DNA of 64,000 nucleotides. It comes from Eledone cirrhosa (taxonomy: Eukaryota). The position numbers were made by a program, and so were the translations under genes. Below, piece by piece: positions 43,519 to 56,669 of this stretch (position 1 is the stretch's first letter; every line of letters begins with the position of its first letter). Under the pieces are notes generated by a model. The model made no database searches. It was not told where the DNA came from and saw only the letters and a list, made by a program, of their open reading frames with translations. The stretch covers positions 7,874,001 through 7,938,000 of the forward strand of contig OZ024748.1 in NCBI GenBank assembly GCA_964016885.1, written 5' to 3'.

Positions 43519-43614
43519 GAGAAATAAGTTAGGCCCTAAAGTATCCAGTCCATTGCGCTGACAAAACAAAAAATATAGATAGATAGATTAAGATATTTAA
43601 AACGTTTGATTTAC

Positions 43615-43741
43615 CTTTGACGTTTAGAAAAGCGGAAGCGGAATCAGTAGTAAGGGGACTCTGTATAGTGCACGTATAATTCCCTCGGTGTTTTAACCGG
43701 GCTGTACGTACATATAGTCCATGCTGGTTTTCAACGGAACC
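43615..43741 (-). CDS. Cont: Contactin exon, Ig6 C-half
   Basis: GLYVRTARLKHRGNYTC...SAFLNVK; tttcag/gtaaat. Confidence 0.93.
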
Positions 43742-43759
43742 CTGAAATATAGCCAAGTA

Positions 43760-44430
43760 AAGTGTAAGTGTAGATTAGATGTACAATATACCAGATGTAG
43801 GTAGTGTTAGTGTAGATTAGATGCACTACACCAGATGTAGGTAGTGTTAGTGTAGACTAGATGTACTATACCAGATGTAGGTAGTGTTAGTGTAAACTAT
43901 ATGTACTATACCAGATGTAGGTAGTGTTAGTGTAAACTAGATGTACTATACCAGATGTAGGTAGTGTTAGTGTAAACTAGATGTACTATACCAGATGTAG
44001 GTAGTGTTAGTGTAAACTAGATGTACTATACCAGATGTAGTTAGTGTTAGTGTAAACTAGATGTACTACACCAGATGTAGGTAGTGTTAGTGTAAACTAG
44101 ATGTACAATATACCAGATATAGGTAGTGTTAGTGTAAACTAGATGTACTAAACCAGATGTAGGTAGTGTTAGTGTAGACTAGATGTACAATATACCAGAT
44201 GTAGGTTAGATGCTAGTGTAAACTAGATGTACTATACCAGACGTAGGTAGTGTTAGTGTAGACTAGATGTGCTATACCAGATGTAGGTAAGATGTGATGT
44301 AGACTAGATGTACTATACCAGATGTAAGTTAGATGTTAGTGTAAACTAGATGTACTCTACCAGATGTAGGTAGTGTTAGTGTAAACTAGATGTATGTTAC
44401 TAGCTGTAGTGAAATATTAGTGTAAACTTA
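43760..44430. repeat. ~40-bp minisatellite filling a contactin intron
   Basis: Unit tagtgtaaactagatgtactataccagatgtaggtagtgt, ~16 copies. Confidence 0.95.
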
Positions 44431-44431
44431 C

Positions 44432-44595
44432 TTCACTATAATAAGGGTTTTTTTCTATGTCAATTGGATGACCATTAAAATACCATTTGTAAGCAATCTC
44501 AAAGTCAGGATCATAAGAGACAGCACAATAAAAGAAAGCTGTTTCATTGACAATCACTTCGATGTTTGATGGACGTCGACTTATTACCAAACGTT
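44432..44595 (-). CDS. Cont: Contactin exon, Ig6 N-half
   Basis: RPSNIEVIVNETAFFYCAVSYDPDFEIAYKWYFNG; ttcag/gtaagt. Confidence 0.93.
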
Positions 44596-44689
44596 CTGAA
44601 GAAATAAAAACATCTTAATAACATTTCCTGGAGCAATTTTACATTAAATAACATCATCTCCATGGGAACTGTACCCGATTTTGTCAACA

Positions 44690-45690
44690 TGTGACAAGTA
44701 GAACCAGTGTAATACATGACAAGGGTAGACCTTTATATTACAGGTAGAATTACAGGTAGAACCAGTGTAATACATGACAAGGGTGGACCTTTATATTACA
44801 GGTAGAATTACAGGTAGAACCAGTGTAATACATGACAAGGGTGGACCTTTATATTACAGGTAGAATTACAGGTAGAACCAGTGTAATACATGACAGAGGT
44901 GGACCTTTATATTACAGGTAGAATTACAGGTAGAACCAGTGTAATACATGACAGGGGTGTATCTTTATATTACAGGTAGAATTACAGGTAGAACCAGTGT
45001 AATACATGACAAGGGTGGACCTTTATATTACAGGTAGAACCAGTGTAATACATGACAGAGGTGGACCTTTATATTACAGGTAGAATTACAGGTAGAACCA
45101 GTGTAATACATGACAAGGGTGGACCTTTATATTACAGGTAGAATTACAGGTAGAACCAGTGTAATACATGACAAGGGTGGACCTTTATATTACAGGTAGA
45201 ACCAGTGTAATACATGACAGAGGTGGACCTTTATATTACAGGTAGAATTACAGGTAGAACCAGTGTAATACATGACAGGGGTGGACCTTTATATTACAGG
45301 TAGAATTACAGGTAGAACCAGTGTAATACATGACAGGGGTGGACCTTTATATTACAGGTAGAATTACAGGTAGAACCAGTGTAATACATGACAAGGGTGG
45401 ACCTTTATATTACAGGTAGAATTACAGGTAGAACCAGTGTAATACATGACAAGGGTGGACCTTTATATTACAGGTAGAACCAGTGTAATACATGACAAGG
45501 GTGGACCTTTATATTACAGGTAGAATTACAGGTAGAACCAGTGTAATACATGACAAGGGTGTATCTTTATATTACAGGTAGAATTACAGGTAGAACCAGT
45601 GTAATACATGACAGGGGTGTATCTTTATATTACAGGTAGAACCAGTGTAATACAACATGTGACAAGGGTGGTCCTGTTAATTACAGGTAA
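44690..45690. repeat. 58/46-bp minisatellite
   Basis: Unit gaaccagtgtaatacatgacaagggtggacctttatattacaggta with or without an extra 12-bp ttacaggtagaa. Confidence 0.95.
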
Positions 45691-46502
45691 AACATCCTAA
45701 CGATATCGACTGCTATTTAATTCGAGTTATATCCCTTCAAGTATTTAGTTCTGAGTTATGTCCCTTTAAGCTTGGTCTCTCGCTATTATTTCTTCATAAC
45801 AAAATCAATAGAATATATAACAGACAATGAACTGCGATTGATGCAATCGATTAAAATCCCTCAGAGCAATATCCCAGCTTCTGTTAAAACAATTTTAAAG
45901 AATTATATGTTTCATATTTGCATAATATGGTTTTATAATGGATACAACATAGCCAAACGGTTAAGAGAATTACTTCACAATCATTAGGTCTCAGATTCGA
46001 TCTCACCGCAGGGTTGACGAAAACTACAGGTACTTCAGGTCGGATATATATATGGATAGATGGATTTATACATAAACACGTGTATAGGGGAAGTAACGCA
46101 TCACAAAGGCTGTTGCAGTACATTCCCTTTTATGAAGCTCAACTAAAGTTGCCTCCCTTTAAAGACAATTCATATTTATTTTAATAAATTTATTTAATTT
46201 ATACAATTTAATACTATTTCAATACATTATATAATTTGATACTATTATTAAATTAAATGTACTCGTAAATTTATACTATTCTAAATCTAATATCATAATT
46301 AAATTAATATTACATTAATAATGTATTAGTAATATTAATTATTCACTCACAAACGCATTTACGTATCCGCTATGTTAGAGCGAAAATAAATTTTAATTTT
46401 AACTTAATATTCAACATTCATAACGCGTTCAATAGTTCTAGAAATAGATTGTTTAGATAATATTGTGTTTTTTAAAATCATTTAAATATAAAAGTACCTT
46501 AC

Positions 46503-46799
46503 CAACAATTTTCAATTTAGTTGACTCAGAAGCAGATCCAATATTATTTGTTGCAGTGCATTTGTATTCTCCAGCATCATTTTGCATAATATCCTTCAAA
46601 ATTAAGTTACCATTTAATAGTTTCTGTAGTCTTCCTGTAGAATCTTGACTGCTGTGCAGTCCCAAATCCATACCATTTTTTGACCAAGTTATCTCTGCTT
46701 TAGGAATGGCATCGGGATTACATATCAATGATATTTCCCCATTTCTTGCAGCCAATGTACTGTCAGGGAGATGGTACCGTATAAACCTCGGAGCAAAAG
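46503..46799 (-). CDS. Cont: Contactin exon, Ig5
   Basis: FAPRF...CNPDAIP...W...NGNL...DAGEYKCTATN; aag/gtaagg. Confidence 0.95.
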
Positions 46800-46878
46800 C
46801 TTTAAAAAGGTAGAGAAGAAATTAGAGTGCTGCGTAGAAATTAATCTGTATCTATAGCAAACATTTACTGAGTAGAGA

Positions 46879-46937
<59 letters not shown>

Positions 46938-46944
<7 letters not shown>

Positions 46945-47445
46945 ATACTTTGGGAGGGTCATGTTGCCAATAAGAAACACGCGCACCAGGGGCTTTCACT
47001 TCAATTTATTATAATAAATTTATAAATTTAGGAATTTATAAATTTCCGGTTGATTGGTTGCTTCCACAACCAGATGGTTGTTTATATATTGTCAAGGTTC
47101 TTTCGTCACACATTCTGTGAACACACACACAGAAACAAGATGGCGTAGGACAGAACAAAGGAGAGGCACAAAAACAAAGAAAAGAATCCCCAGTCACTGA
47201 AGAGGTCACAGAATGTGTGACGAAAGAACCTTGACAATATATAAACAACCATCTGGTTGTAGAACCAACCAACCAACCGGAAATTTATAAATTCCTAAAT
47301 TTATAAATTTATTATAATAAATTGAAGTGAAAGCAACTGGTGCGTGTGTTTCTTATTGGCAACATGACCCTCCCAAAGTATAACAATATCGGTTTCAACA
47401 CACGTTTTCAGATAAAGAATCTTGCTAAACAAATTCAGAAACGAT
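46938..47445 (+). mobile_element. PLE 3'-end copy with inverted 5' arm (fold-back), inside (TA)n
   Basis: 46938-47120 is an imperfect reverse complement of 47206-47389; hammerhead motif at 47193-47235. Confidence 0.85.
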
Positions 47446-47620
47446 ATATATATATATATACAAATAATAATAAAAAGGACGAGGTATTAGATCTTCATTA
47501 CATTTATTGAGGTGTGACGCGCGTTTCGCGATTGATTAGCTCAAGGCTCGATCTATATCGATCAGGCCCGACTCTGGAATCAAAAGCTCGTCGGACTTCT
47601 GTTATGGTATGGCATGGCAT

Positions 47621-47678
<58 letters not shown>

Positions 47679-47999
47679 ACCTGTTATTGAAGGACCGGCT
47701 TGTCACTGGCTGAGTCACACCGAACCTGCCTAATAATTATTACCTTAAAGGTATGCGTGCCTGTGGAATACTCAGCCACTTTCACGAGCCTACGAGCAGG
47801 CTGGAACACTCATCGGTGGAACAGCCGGAGATCCATGGACATATACTACAACATTTTCACTTCATGGAACCATTTATGGAGATTTTATTTATTTGTTTTC
47901 CAGCCGACTGGCTGAGGTAATGCTGGGGCACCAACACTGAAATTAATCAATATATAACATTTTTAATGACACAGAAAATTATTTGATTATAGTACTTAC

Positions 48000-48272
48000 T
48001 TGCAAATTTTAGCTGTGCTGAACTGTATGTAATACCATTTGAATTTTCGGCGGCACACTGGTACATGCCGCTATGTCTATCTTCATCAGTCTTCGATATC
48101 GTAAGTTTATTTTCATTAATTTTAATGTCACCAGAAATTGTGACAAGTTTTTTACTATCTTTAAACCAAGAATAGGTTACATCTGGTCTTCCTTCGGCAA
48201 CACAGCGCCACGAAAATTCTTCGCCTGGCTCCACATACTGGGATTCCAGTTTTATCACGAAATACGGTTTTG
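48000..48272 (-). CDS. Cont: Contactin exon, Ig4
   Basis: KPYF...WRCVAEGRPDVTYSWFK...SGMYQCAAEN; ctag/gtaagt. Confidence 0.95.
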
Positions 48273-49168
48273 CTAGATAATAAAAAGAAAAGCTACAATA
48301 CATAAGTTATTCATATAATAATAATGAAAATATTGTGTACAGTGCTCAGGTGCACTACAACTCATCAAAGGTGCATGTATAGTACATAGAATAATATACA
48401 AATGTCAGGGAAGTGAACAGTGTATGAGTCATGATATACATGTGTGCGTGTGTATAGAGGGGGAATATTAGGTGTAGTGTTGTTGTTAGCAAGATGGTTA
48501 ATAATTTTGTGGGTGTTTAACAAGTCAGTTGCCAGACGTATCCATGCACAGGGAAGCAAGGCGTTCAGAGTATGGTAGATGCCTGATGGAGGGTATATAT
48601 GTATATATATATTATATATATGTATAATATAATTCATTTATAAACTGTATCCCCCACACTAATTACCCCCACCCCATTCTCTCTCTCTTCCTCTCTCTCT
48701 ATCTCTTTCTCTGTGTGTGTGTGTGTGCTCGCGCACCTGCATGTGTGTGAGTGTTGTGTGGTGTGGTAGTGGTGTGTCAAAAAATAAAAATAAATTCGGA
48801 CACTCTTCGTAAAACGGAAAATGTCAGTCGCTCTCCGTAACAGTGGAGGCTTCTGGTGTCCTTGGCCCACGGACTACCTCCATACTAACCACCATCAGCA
48901 CGGAGTAGGTTTCCCGACGGAGTAGGTTTCAACGACCACCCTCTGGGGAAACACCTGGAGCCCATGCACTAGCCACGGGGCGGCTAGTGCATGGGTTCCC
49001 ATTTACTCATAATGGAGATTGGGACAGCGAAAAAGACGGAGCAAGTGAGTGAAAGATATACAACATCAACACTGAAACATTAAGTTTCGATATATAAAAG
49101 AACAAAGAAAATATGCCAGCGATTTTCCATCAGTGTACAGTATTTATAAGAAACATTAAACTACTAAC

Positions 49169-49359
49169 ATAATAGTTGCAATGTGTATGTTTTGTTGTCT
49201 GATTTCCGACCATTGCTATTTGTCTCCACGATACAGTTGTAAGTTCCTTCATCTTCCAATTGAGCATTCTGGATAGCAAGAACACGATTGAGAGATGAGT
49301 ATGAAACCCGTGAGGACATTTGACCATTCATTTTAATCCATTTGTATTTGAATGGGCTC
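49169..49359 (-). CDS. Cont: Contactin exon, Ig3 C-half
   Basis: YKW...NRVLAIQNAQLEDEGTYNC; ttgcag/gttagt. Confidence 0.93.
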
Positions 49360-50292
49360 CTGCAATAAATAAGTATTTATTTAAGTTATAATCATTTCAT
49401 GATTTTATATACACATATTTTAAAACAGTCTGTCGTTAATATTAAGCAAAATGAATTAAAACATATTCTGGCTATTTCTAACAAGAAATATGCTGAGAGT
49501 TCCAATTATTGGAACAACCTACTCATGAAATTAACACGTGACTATGCATTGAACATACACAGTGAGATCCAGCGTGACACGGATGTGATGAAGCTGGTCT
49601 TTGAATTACAGGCTTATAAAAAATATCCTGATTACCCAAGTTCCCTCACAAAGCATAGGTTATGGTAAATTACTCTTACATAAGATACTAAGGATAGAAG
49701 CCAGGAGCGAATCTCTTAGAAATTCCGCTATGCTGTGCCTACGTATATTATATATAAACATTCATTTTATAGTAAGACAATTATTTCGTCACAAACTTAT
49801 ATTAAAGAGAAGGTTGGCGATTTGGATTGTTTATCAAATCTCAACTTTCCCGATCTAATTACAATATAATTCTCTTGTGTTTAGCGTAAACATCTCCAAG
49901 AACTCTCTATAGTTCTTCAATATGAAACATCAGACAGAAACTACAAAAGACGCCACACAGTATGAGTTTAAATATTCACTCCATTCTGAAATTATAAACG
50001 CTAAATATAGAATTAGAAGAACCAGTACTGGAATTACAATTGTGCTTAGCTGTGCTTAAGCACAGGTCCCAGTTGGCCCCGGGGGGGGGGGGGGGGGGGG
50101 TCCATCTCCCTGCCCCCAGAATTTTTTACAATGAATTTTTCCAATATTGCGGGTCTCATAACTTAACTAAAACAGGGCTTCATTTGTCCTAAATCCGGCA
50201 CTGAGAAGAACCATTATACATCTAGAGTAGATGCCTTATTAGATCTATTTTTATTATCCCACTATACTCAAGTAGAAAAAATGTTCACTGAC

Positions 50293-50407
50293 GAGGAGGT
50301 TCCAATAGCAAAGCATTCCATTTGTATGTCATCACCAATTATTGGCGAGTTCGGTAAAACAGCAATGAAGTCATTCAAAATTCGCGGTCCAAAATCTGCT
50401 TTCGAGG
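50293..50407 (-). CDS. Cont: Contactin exon, Ig3 N-half
   Basis: DFGPRILNDFIAVLPNSPIIGDDIQMECFAIG; aatag/gtcagt; phase 1 to 2. Confidence 0.9.
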
Positions 50408-50599
50408 CTATTCAAATAAAGAATAAAACATTTGAGAGTATATTTATGAGTCCTACCATAGTCAACAGTTATCTATTAAGCATATAAATGGTTTGAAAAA
50501 GAATTAAAGATATTTTGATTAAAACATTTAAAAGAAAATAAATATTTTCAAATTGAATAGCAAAAGAACACAATGGGGGGAAATATAGAAACATAATAA

Positions 50600-50641
50600 T
50601 CACTGATGATGTCACAGATATGTGTGACGAAAGAACTCTGA
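50600..50641 (+). ncRNA. Minimal hammerhead in old PLE 3'-end copy (~50570-50825)
   Basis: tca CTGATGA t gtcaca...tgtgac GAAA gaac TC tga; downstream cagtgagtgtgtt...ctggcaatatt matches the 62.3 kb tail. Confidence 0.68.
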
Positions 50642-50931
50642 GAAACTACATTTATATTTATATTTTTTAACTGTTGGTCAGTCAATGATAAATATTGATT
50701 GGCAGCTGAATTAATTATAGAAATATATATACTGAAGCGAGAACCAAACCAATCAGTGAGTGTGTTTTACTATATTAACCTGGCAATATTAGAATAATAT
50801 GGCCCTCCCTAAATATAAAAATTTAAACTCCCATTACAAGAAATGGTAAGGAGATTGCTGCATAACGGTTTCCACCACTTTAGGAACTGATGTAAATAAG
50901 ATGTATGGGGAATTAGGATAGTAGCAGCTGC

Positions 50932-50963
<32 letters not shown>

Positions 50964-51338
50964 AGCTGAGGAAAAAGTTGACATCTTACTGTTTAATGTA
51001 ATTTATTTAATAAATGTTTGTTATGACCCCGTAACTACTGATAGAGATGTAGAGGCGCTATATTGACATATGGAGAGAGGAAATGAGAAAGAGATATAGA
51101 GGAAGAATCGACCCCAGTACTAGACTGGTACTTTATTTTATCGACCACTAAAGGATGATAGGTAAAGTTGACCTCGGCGGGATTTGAACTCAGAGAGCTG
51201 AGAACCAGAACGAATACCATAAAGTGTTCTATCTGACGTTCTAACGACTGCCAATTCGTCGCCTGATTTAATAAGTTCTAGAAGCAAGAATTTGCTAAAG
51301 TGTCAGTAACTGTTTTGTTTTAATACAAATATACTCAC

Positions 51339-51575
51339 CTCCGGTATTCACGACAAGTTTAATCTCTTTGCTTATCCTTGATGGGGGTTGAGTGGTAGTC
51401 AACTTGTAATGTCCTGATCCAGACAACACAACTACACAGTAATATATACCAGCATCGGATTTACCAACTATCTCCGAGAAATAAAGTCCACCATTGTTCG
51501 AGATAAACGTGTAACTCTGCTTATCGGTTCGAATATAATTTGTTACTGATGTTTTAGCCCAATGATATCGTACAC
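51339..51575 (-). CDS. Cont: Contactin exon, Ig2 C-half
   Basis: YHW...FISNNGGLYFSE...DAGIYYCVV; ctag/gtgagt. Confidence 0.95.
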
Positions 51576-51824
51576 CTAGAAAAGTCAAAATAGTTTTTCA
51601 AAAGCATAATTTTGCTGATTTACAACGGAAAAAAAAAGACAGACCTGCCAACATCTAAAAATCCGCACTATGAAAAAAAGTACTAAAAAAATGGGAAGAA
51701 ATGAGGCAAAATTTTACATAATGAAAGCTATAACCTATTTTCTCAAAAATGAGCCGTCGTACGAGGACAGTTGACAGGTCTGGAAAGATGATGGTGTATA
51801 ATTTTCATTGCATGTAATATATAT

Positions 51825-52002
51825 AATTGTTTCTACTTTTGGCACAAGGCCAGCAATTACCCCAGTGCTTTATTTTATCGACCCCGTAAGGATGAAAGGC
51901 ATATTTAACCTCGGTGAGATTTGAACTCAGATCATAAAGGGCCGTAACTCTATGCTGCAAAGTATGGCGTCCGACCCTCTACTGATACTGCCAATCAACC
52001 AC
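51825..52002 (-). mobile_element. SINE family A
   Basis: Same consensus. Confidence 0.85.
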
Positions 52003-53382
52003 CTATATATATTTTATAATAATAAGTGAAATGATTGTCAGGTGGAATAATTATAATAAGAAAAAATGAAATATTATAAGATGTATCAACAAACAACAGC
52101 AGAGAGAATGAGAGGGAGTGTGAGAAAGAGAGCGTGGAAAAGGGAGAGAGAGAGAGAGGGGGCAGAAAGAGAGAGAGGGGGAATAAGAGAGAGAGAGAGA
52201 GAGAGAGTTAGGGGAAAAGAGAGGGGAGAGAGAGAAACAGGAATAGAATAGAGTAGATTTTCAAAGTTAATACCGGAATAAACGAATGTTTAAAAATACT
52301 CTTAAGTGAGTAATTGTTATATTTAGAGAATATTTATTGAACCAGGAAGAATTTTTGAAGTAAACGAATAAACAAATGTTATCCTACAGTAGAATCACAA
52401 GTAAAATCATAAGTTAATGATTATTGAACAAATAATCGAGACATTAAATAATTAAATCAGGAATTTTTATAAATAGGATACAAAAGCATAGGAGTGTTCT
52501 GATTGAATAATTATAAGAACTATTATTATCTCGTGAATAATTATTGAAGTATTAAAGTTCGATAGTTTAATGAATCGAACACACGGATGAAACCGATTTT
52601 ATATTGGAATTAGGGGAGAATAATCTATTTGCCGACCTACTTAACAGGAAGCTTTAGCAAATCAACTTCTTACATTAGAAAAAAAGGGCAAATGTTTGTC
52701 GGTAACAGATATCAAGGAATCGATACTTTTTCTTATCGATCTCCATATTAATAGATGACAGGCAAAGTCCACCACGCCATAATTTGAACCTTGAACACCA
52801 ACAAATGTAATAAAATACAAATCCGGCCATAAGATGCCCTAAGGCACTGGAACCAATATACAAGGCATGTCTGACATATTCCCTTTCGATGAGAGATTCT
52901 CTAACATATATCCAAACGTTATTTACCAGCTTGTACACAATGTGACGGAAATATATAAAACCAAGACATTAATTTGAACCTTGAACCTCAACGATTGTAA
53001 TAAAATACGGATTCGGCTATGAAATTCCCTAAGGCACCAAAACCAATACAGAGGACATGTCTAACATCTTATATTCAAACGCAATTTGTTTACCAGCTTA
53101 TACACTGTGCAACGAAAATATAAAACCAAGAAATTAATGATAAATATAAAGCAAAGTTAATAGTTTTTTTCTATGTTATTTAATGGTTAAAATGACTCTT
53201 TCACGCAGTAATTATTATGTATTAAACTTCCAATATAAGAAATGGATTTTAGAGCAACTTTATATGATTTTACGTTAAAGAGTTATATATTAATTTGAGA
53301 AGAAATAACCAAGAATGACGTTAACAATGCTAACTTATAGAATTAATAATTAGTTTTAAAGAAATACATTTAAAATATTTAC

Positions 53383-53478
53383 CTGGCTTGCCTGAAATTA
53401 CCGGACACTGAAGAATTTTGAAATTGTACTCATTAGCTTGTTCTGTTTCTGGTGCAATATTCGAGAATGTTCCAAGAG
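53383..53478 (-). CDS. Cont: Contactin exon, Ig2 N-half
   Basis: LGTFSNIAPE...LQCPVISGKP; atttag/gtaaat; in phase. Confidence 0.9.
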
Positions 53479-54907
53479 CTAAATAATTTAAAATATGGGG
53501 AGGAATATTTTCAAAATAAAAAAAGTTTGAATTTTTAAAATAAAATGTAAAATATAATTAGTTCTGGCAATTATTGTATTTCATGAATTAATTGATGAGA
53601 ATTTATGCTTCGTACATTATCTTTTGTTTGGAAGCAGCAAATAAAATAGTTAAGGGGTTCACTCTGCGATCATTAAGTAACAGGTTCGATCACACTACGT
53701 GTAATTTAGCTGAGTCTGAGGCCGACTCATGCCTTGTGCATGAAATTGGTTAGACGGAGGCCGTCGGATGGGCTGTACCTGTAATTCACACGGCCAGATT
53801 TATCACATACTGCATCACGTTAAGGATAGAGATGTCTGTGGATACTCAACCACAACTTGAATACTTCTTGCTGAAACCATTCCATATTTTAGAGAGTGCT
53901 TAGCAGGATTTCTGCTCAAAACTAAAGCTGTATTGACATTATTTTAAAAATCTGAATATGATAAATCAAATTTGTTTTGAGGTATCGTGATAAAAACGAT
54001 TCAATATTTTACCGAAAAATATCACACTTTAGTCTTTCACTAAAGTGTTTTGATGTTGTCTGGATAAAATATTTTATTAGAGGAATTAAGACAAACATGC
54101 AAACTGCACTAATGAAATGTTTATAATGCGTCTATCGATGGTTGGTAAACTTTAATTAACTAACAAAATAAAAATAATAAATAAACATTTTTCTCTTATT
54201 TCTAATTCTAAGCTAAATTCTAATTATAATATAATCTCTGCTTCTTAAAGGAAAAAATGAATACACGGTACAACAATAGCCGTGCTGGTGAAGAGATATG
54301 GCCGCTATGCTGATAGACTGAGGTCACGAGCTCGATTCATTACGAAGCCTTGTTTTCTTCAGCAAGGCACTGTAATTCCCTTTGCTCCAGTTTATTAAAC
54401 TCTATTGAGCAGGTTGAAATGATTTGTGGCTGTAATTCAAAGGGACAACGTTGTCACATATTAGGTCTCCCTAATAAAGGGGGTCTGTGGAATGCTCAGT
54501 GACTTGAACATCAATTTGAAGAGCAGCCTCTTCCGTTAATTGAATCAACTAAAACACTCGTCATCGAAAGAGACGGAAGTCCAGCAGCCACAGAGACTAC
54601 ATCCTACCACCGAAGGCAGGCATGAAAAGGACAATACACATAACTCACAATCTAAATTCTCTTTCTCCTTTTTTCGCCCACTTATTCCTGAGAGGGTCGT
54701 GAAGGCAGAGTCCTCAAACAGTCCTTCCAGCGGGTCCTGTCAGAAGTAACCGTCACCAACTGAGCCGGCTGGATCCCCAAATAAGACCAGCCAAGCTCAT
54801 GGATGTTATCCATCTTGCTCTGGGTCTAGCCCTAAGTCTCCTGCAAGTTGGGTTTATTCCGTAAAATCTAACACATTCCAAATTTATTTTTTTTAAATAA
54901 TACTTAC

Positions 54908-55231
54908 TCCCTGCTATTAATTGGGCCCTACTACTGAAAATTGAACCGAATTCATTGAAAGCTATACAGTAGTAATTAGTGGACGCATCATCTGAGTGTG
55001 GATTTGAAATTGTGAGTCGTCCATTGGTAACAGTATAACGTTCATTGGTAGAAGCAGAAATCTCCACATTTTCTTTGAACCACTTATATGTTACTGCTGG
55101 GTTTCCCCTCGCCAGACATTCCAATACGGATGTGCTGTCGGTTTCACTCACAAAAACAGTACTCTTCGGTTGTATTACCATCACAGGTCCTCTTTTTATG
55201 TCGTTTTTATTCTTTATTTCAACACCATAAT
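54908..55231 (-). CDS. Cont: Contactin exon, Ig1
   Basis: YGVE...RGPVMVIQP...LECLARGNP..YKW...YYCIAFNEFGS; tttcag/gtaagt. Confidence 0.95.
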
Positions 55232-55865
55232 CTGAAAAAGATATCCTTTGGCAATTTAGTTAGCAAACATTTTACTCTTGGTCAATTATGAAAACAAAAG
55301 CGCTTTAAATAGAATATATTAAAATTTAAAACGAATTTAATTTACTTTTATTTTATTCGGCACGTTTAAAAGACACGTCTAAAAAGAACTGTGTGTGCGT
55401 GTTTATTGAATCTCTGTTAGTTCCAACGGCGACTGTCTTCGGGACCGGATTTAGTCCTTGGAGTGCCGGGTCACTTCAGCGTGGGTTGGCTCCTCATACA
55501 CCAACAAGAAGCGTTTTAAAGCCAATACAGTGTCTTGCTCAAAGACGTCCCGCCGAGAGTCGAACTCACGATTGAGCTTTAAAAAAATCTAAGAATAAAG
55601 CCACCTGCCTTCACTAGAAAATATTTAATAAGATTTAGTTATTGATTCATCGCCTTTCAAAGTATTGTATCTATATTAAGTATCGATATTGATCAGAATA
55701 TTTCTGATCCCAGTGATAAGAAAATACACTTTTGTTAAATTCATTTTTTTTAATTAGCATTATTAATATAATAATAGAAACAGTTAATTAAAAACAATTT
55801 AAGTTAATTACTTCGCTGTCATATAGAGTGGTATTCGCACATTTTAATTGTAAAAGGTTGCTTAC

Positions 55866-55973
55866 CTAATCCTCTTTTACTTTGAATAATTTTGTAGGTT
55901 TCATACTGGCTTATTTTGCAAATATATGGCAGGGTGTTAGAACGTTCAGTGATGGACCAGCCGATATTAGAAA
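55866..55973 (-). CDS. Cont: Contactin exon, CTLD end (GWSITERSNTLPYICK...RGL)
   Basis: ttccag/gtaag; LPYICK terminal lectin strand. Confidence 0.9.
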
Positions 55974-56294
55974 CTGGAATAGAAATATTTATATTTAAAC
56001 ATCTATTTAAACAACAACTGGAACTAAGATTGGATGGTTACTGTTTAAGTGTGTTCTACAGATGATCTTCGTGGCCGAGTGGTGTAAACAATAGGAATGA
56101 GCACCGGAATGTCCCGGGTTCATACCTCTTTGAAGGAGAAAAGCGGGAGAAGAAGGACACCTGGGAATCATGATCTGAGTGCTTCCCCAGCCCCATCTAA
56201 GTGCCAGGAAGATTCAAGGACCGAAATAGTTCCTTGCTGGAAGTTCTTCCACTGAAGATACCCTGCTGTCCATTTGCCCTCGTGAGATTCCGCC

Positions 56295-56444
<150 letters not shown>

Positions 56445-56630
56445 ATATATATAAAACAACAGAAAGCCGAACTGGAAGATATGCTTTAAAATTAAGCATA
56501 TCTTCCATTCCGGCCTTGTGTTGAGTGCTTACATAACGTCGAGTGCTTTGTTTGATTTGTTACATCATGATTTGCCTACCAGAACCACCAATTCTAACCA
56601 TTGGTAATCAAAATAACTTAAATGGCATGT

Positions 56631-56669
<39 letters not shown>

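Noticed and set aside
47505-47570. Hammerhead on the minus strand (GAAACGCGCGTC)
   Set aside because: The 3' half fits, but there is no canonical CUGANGA with a matching stem I. Similar partial motifs near 10720 and 56800 were also dropped.
52770-53130. Diverged ~200-bp duplication (also 56960-57180)
   Set aside because: Ordinary old intronic tandem duplications with no coding or structural signal.
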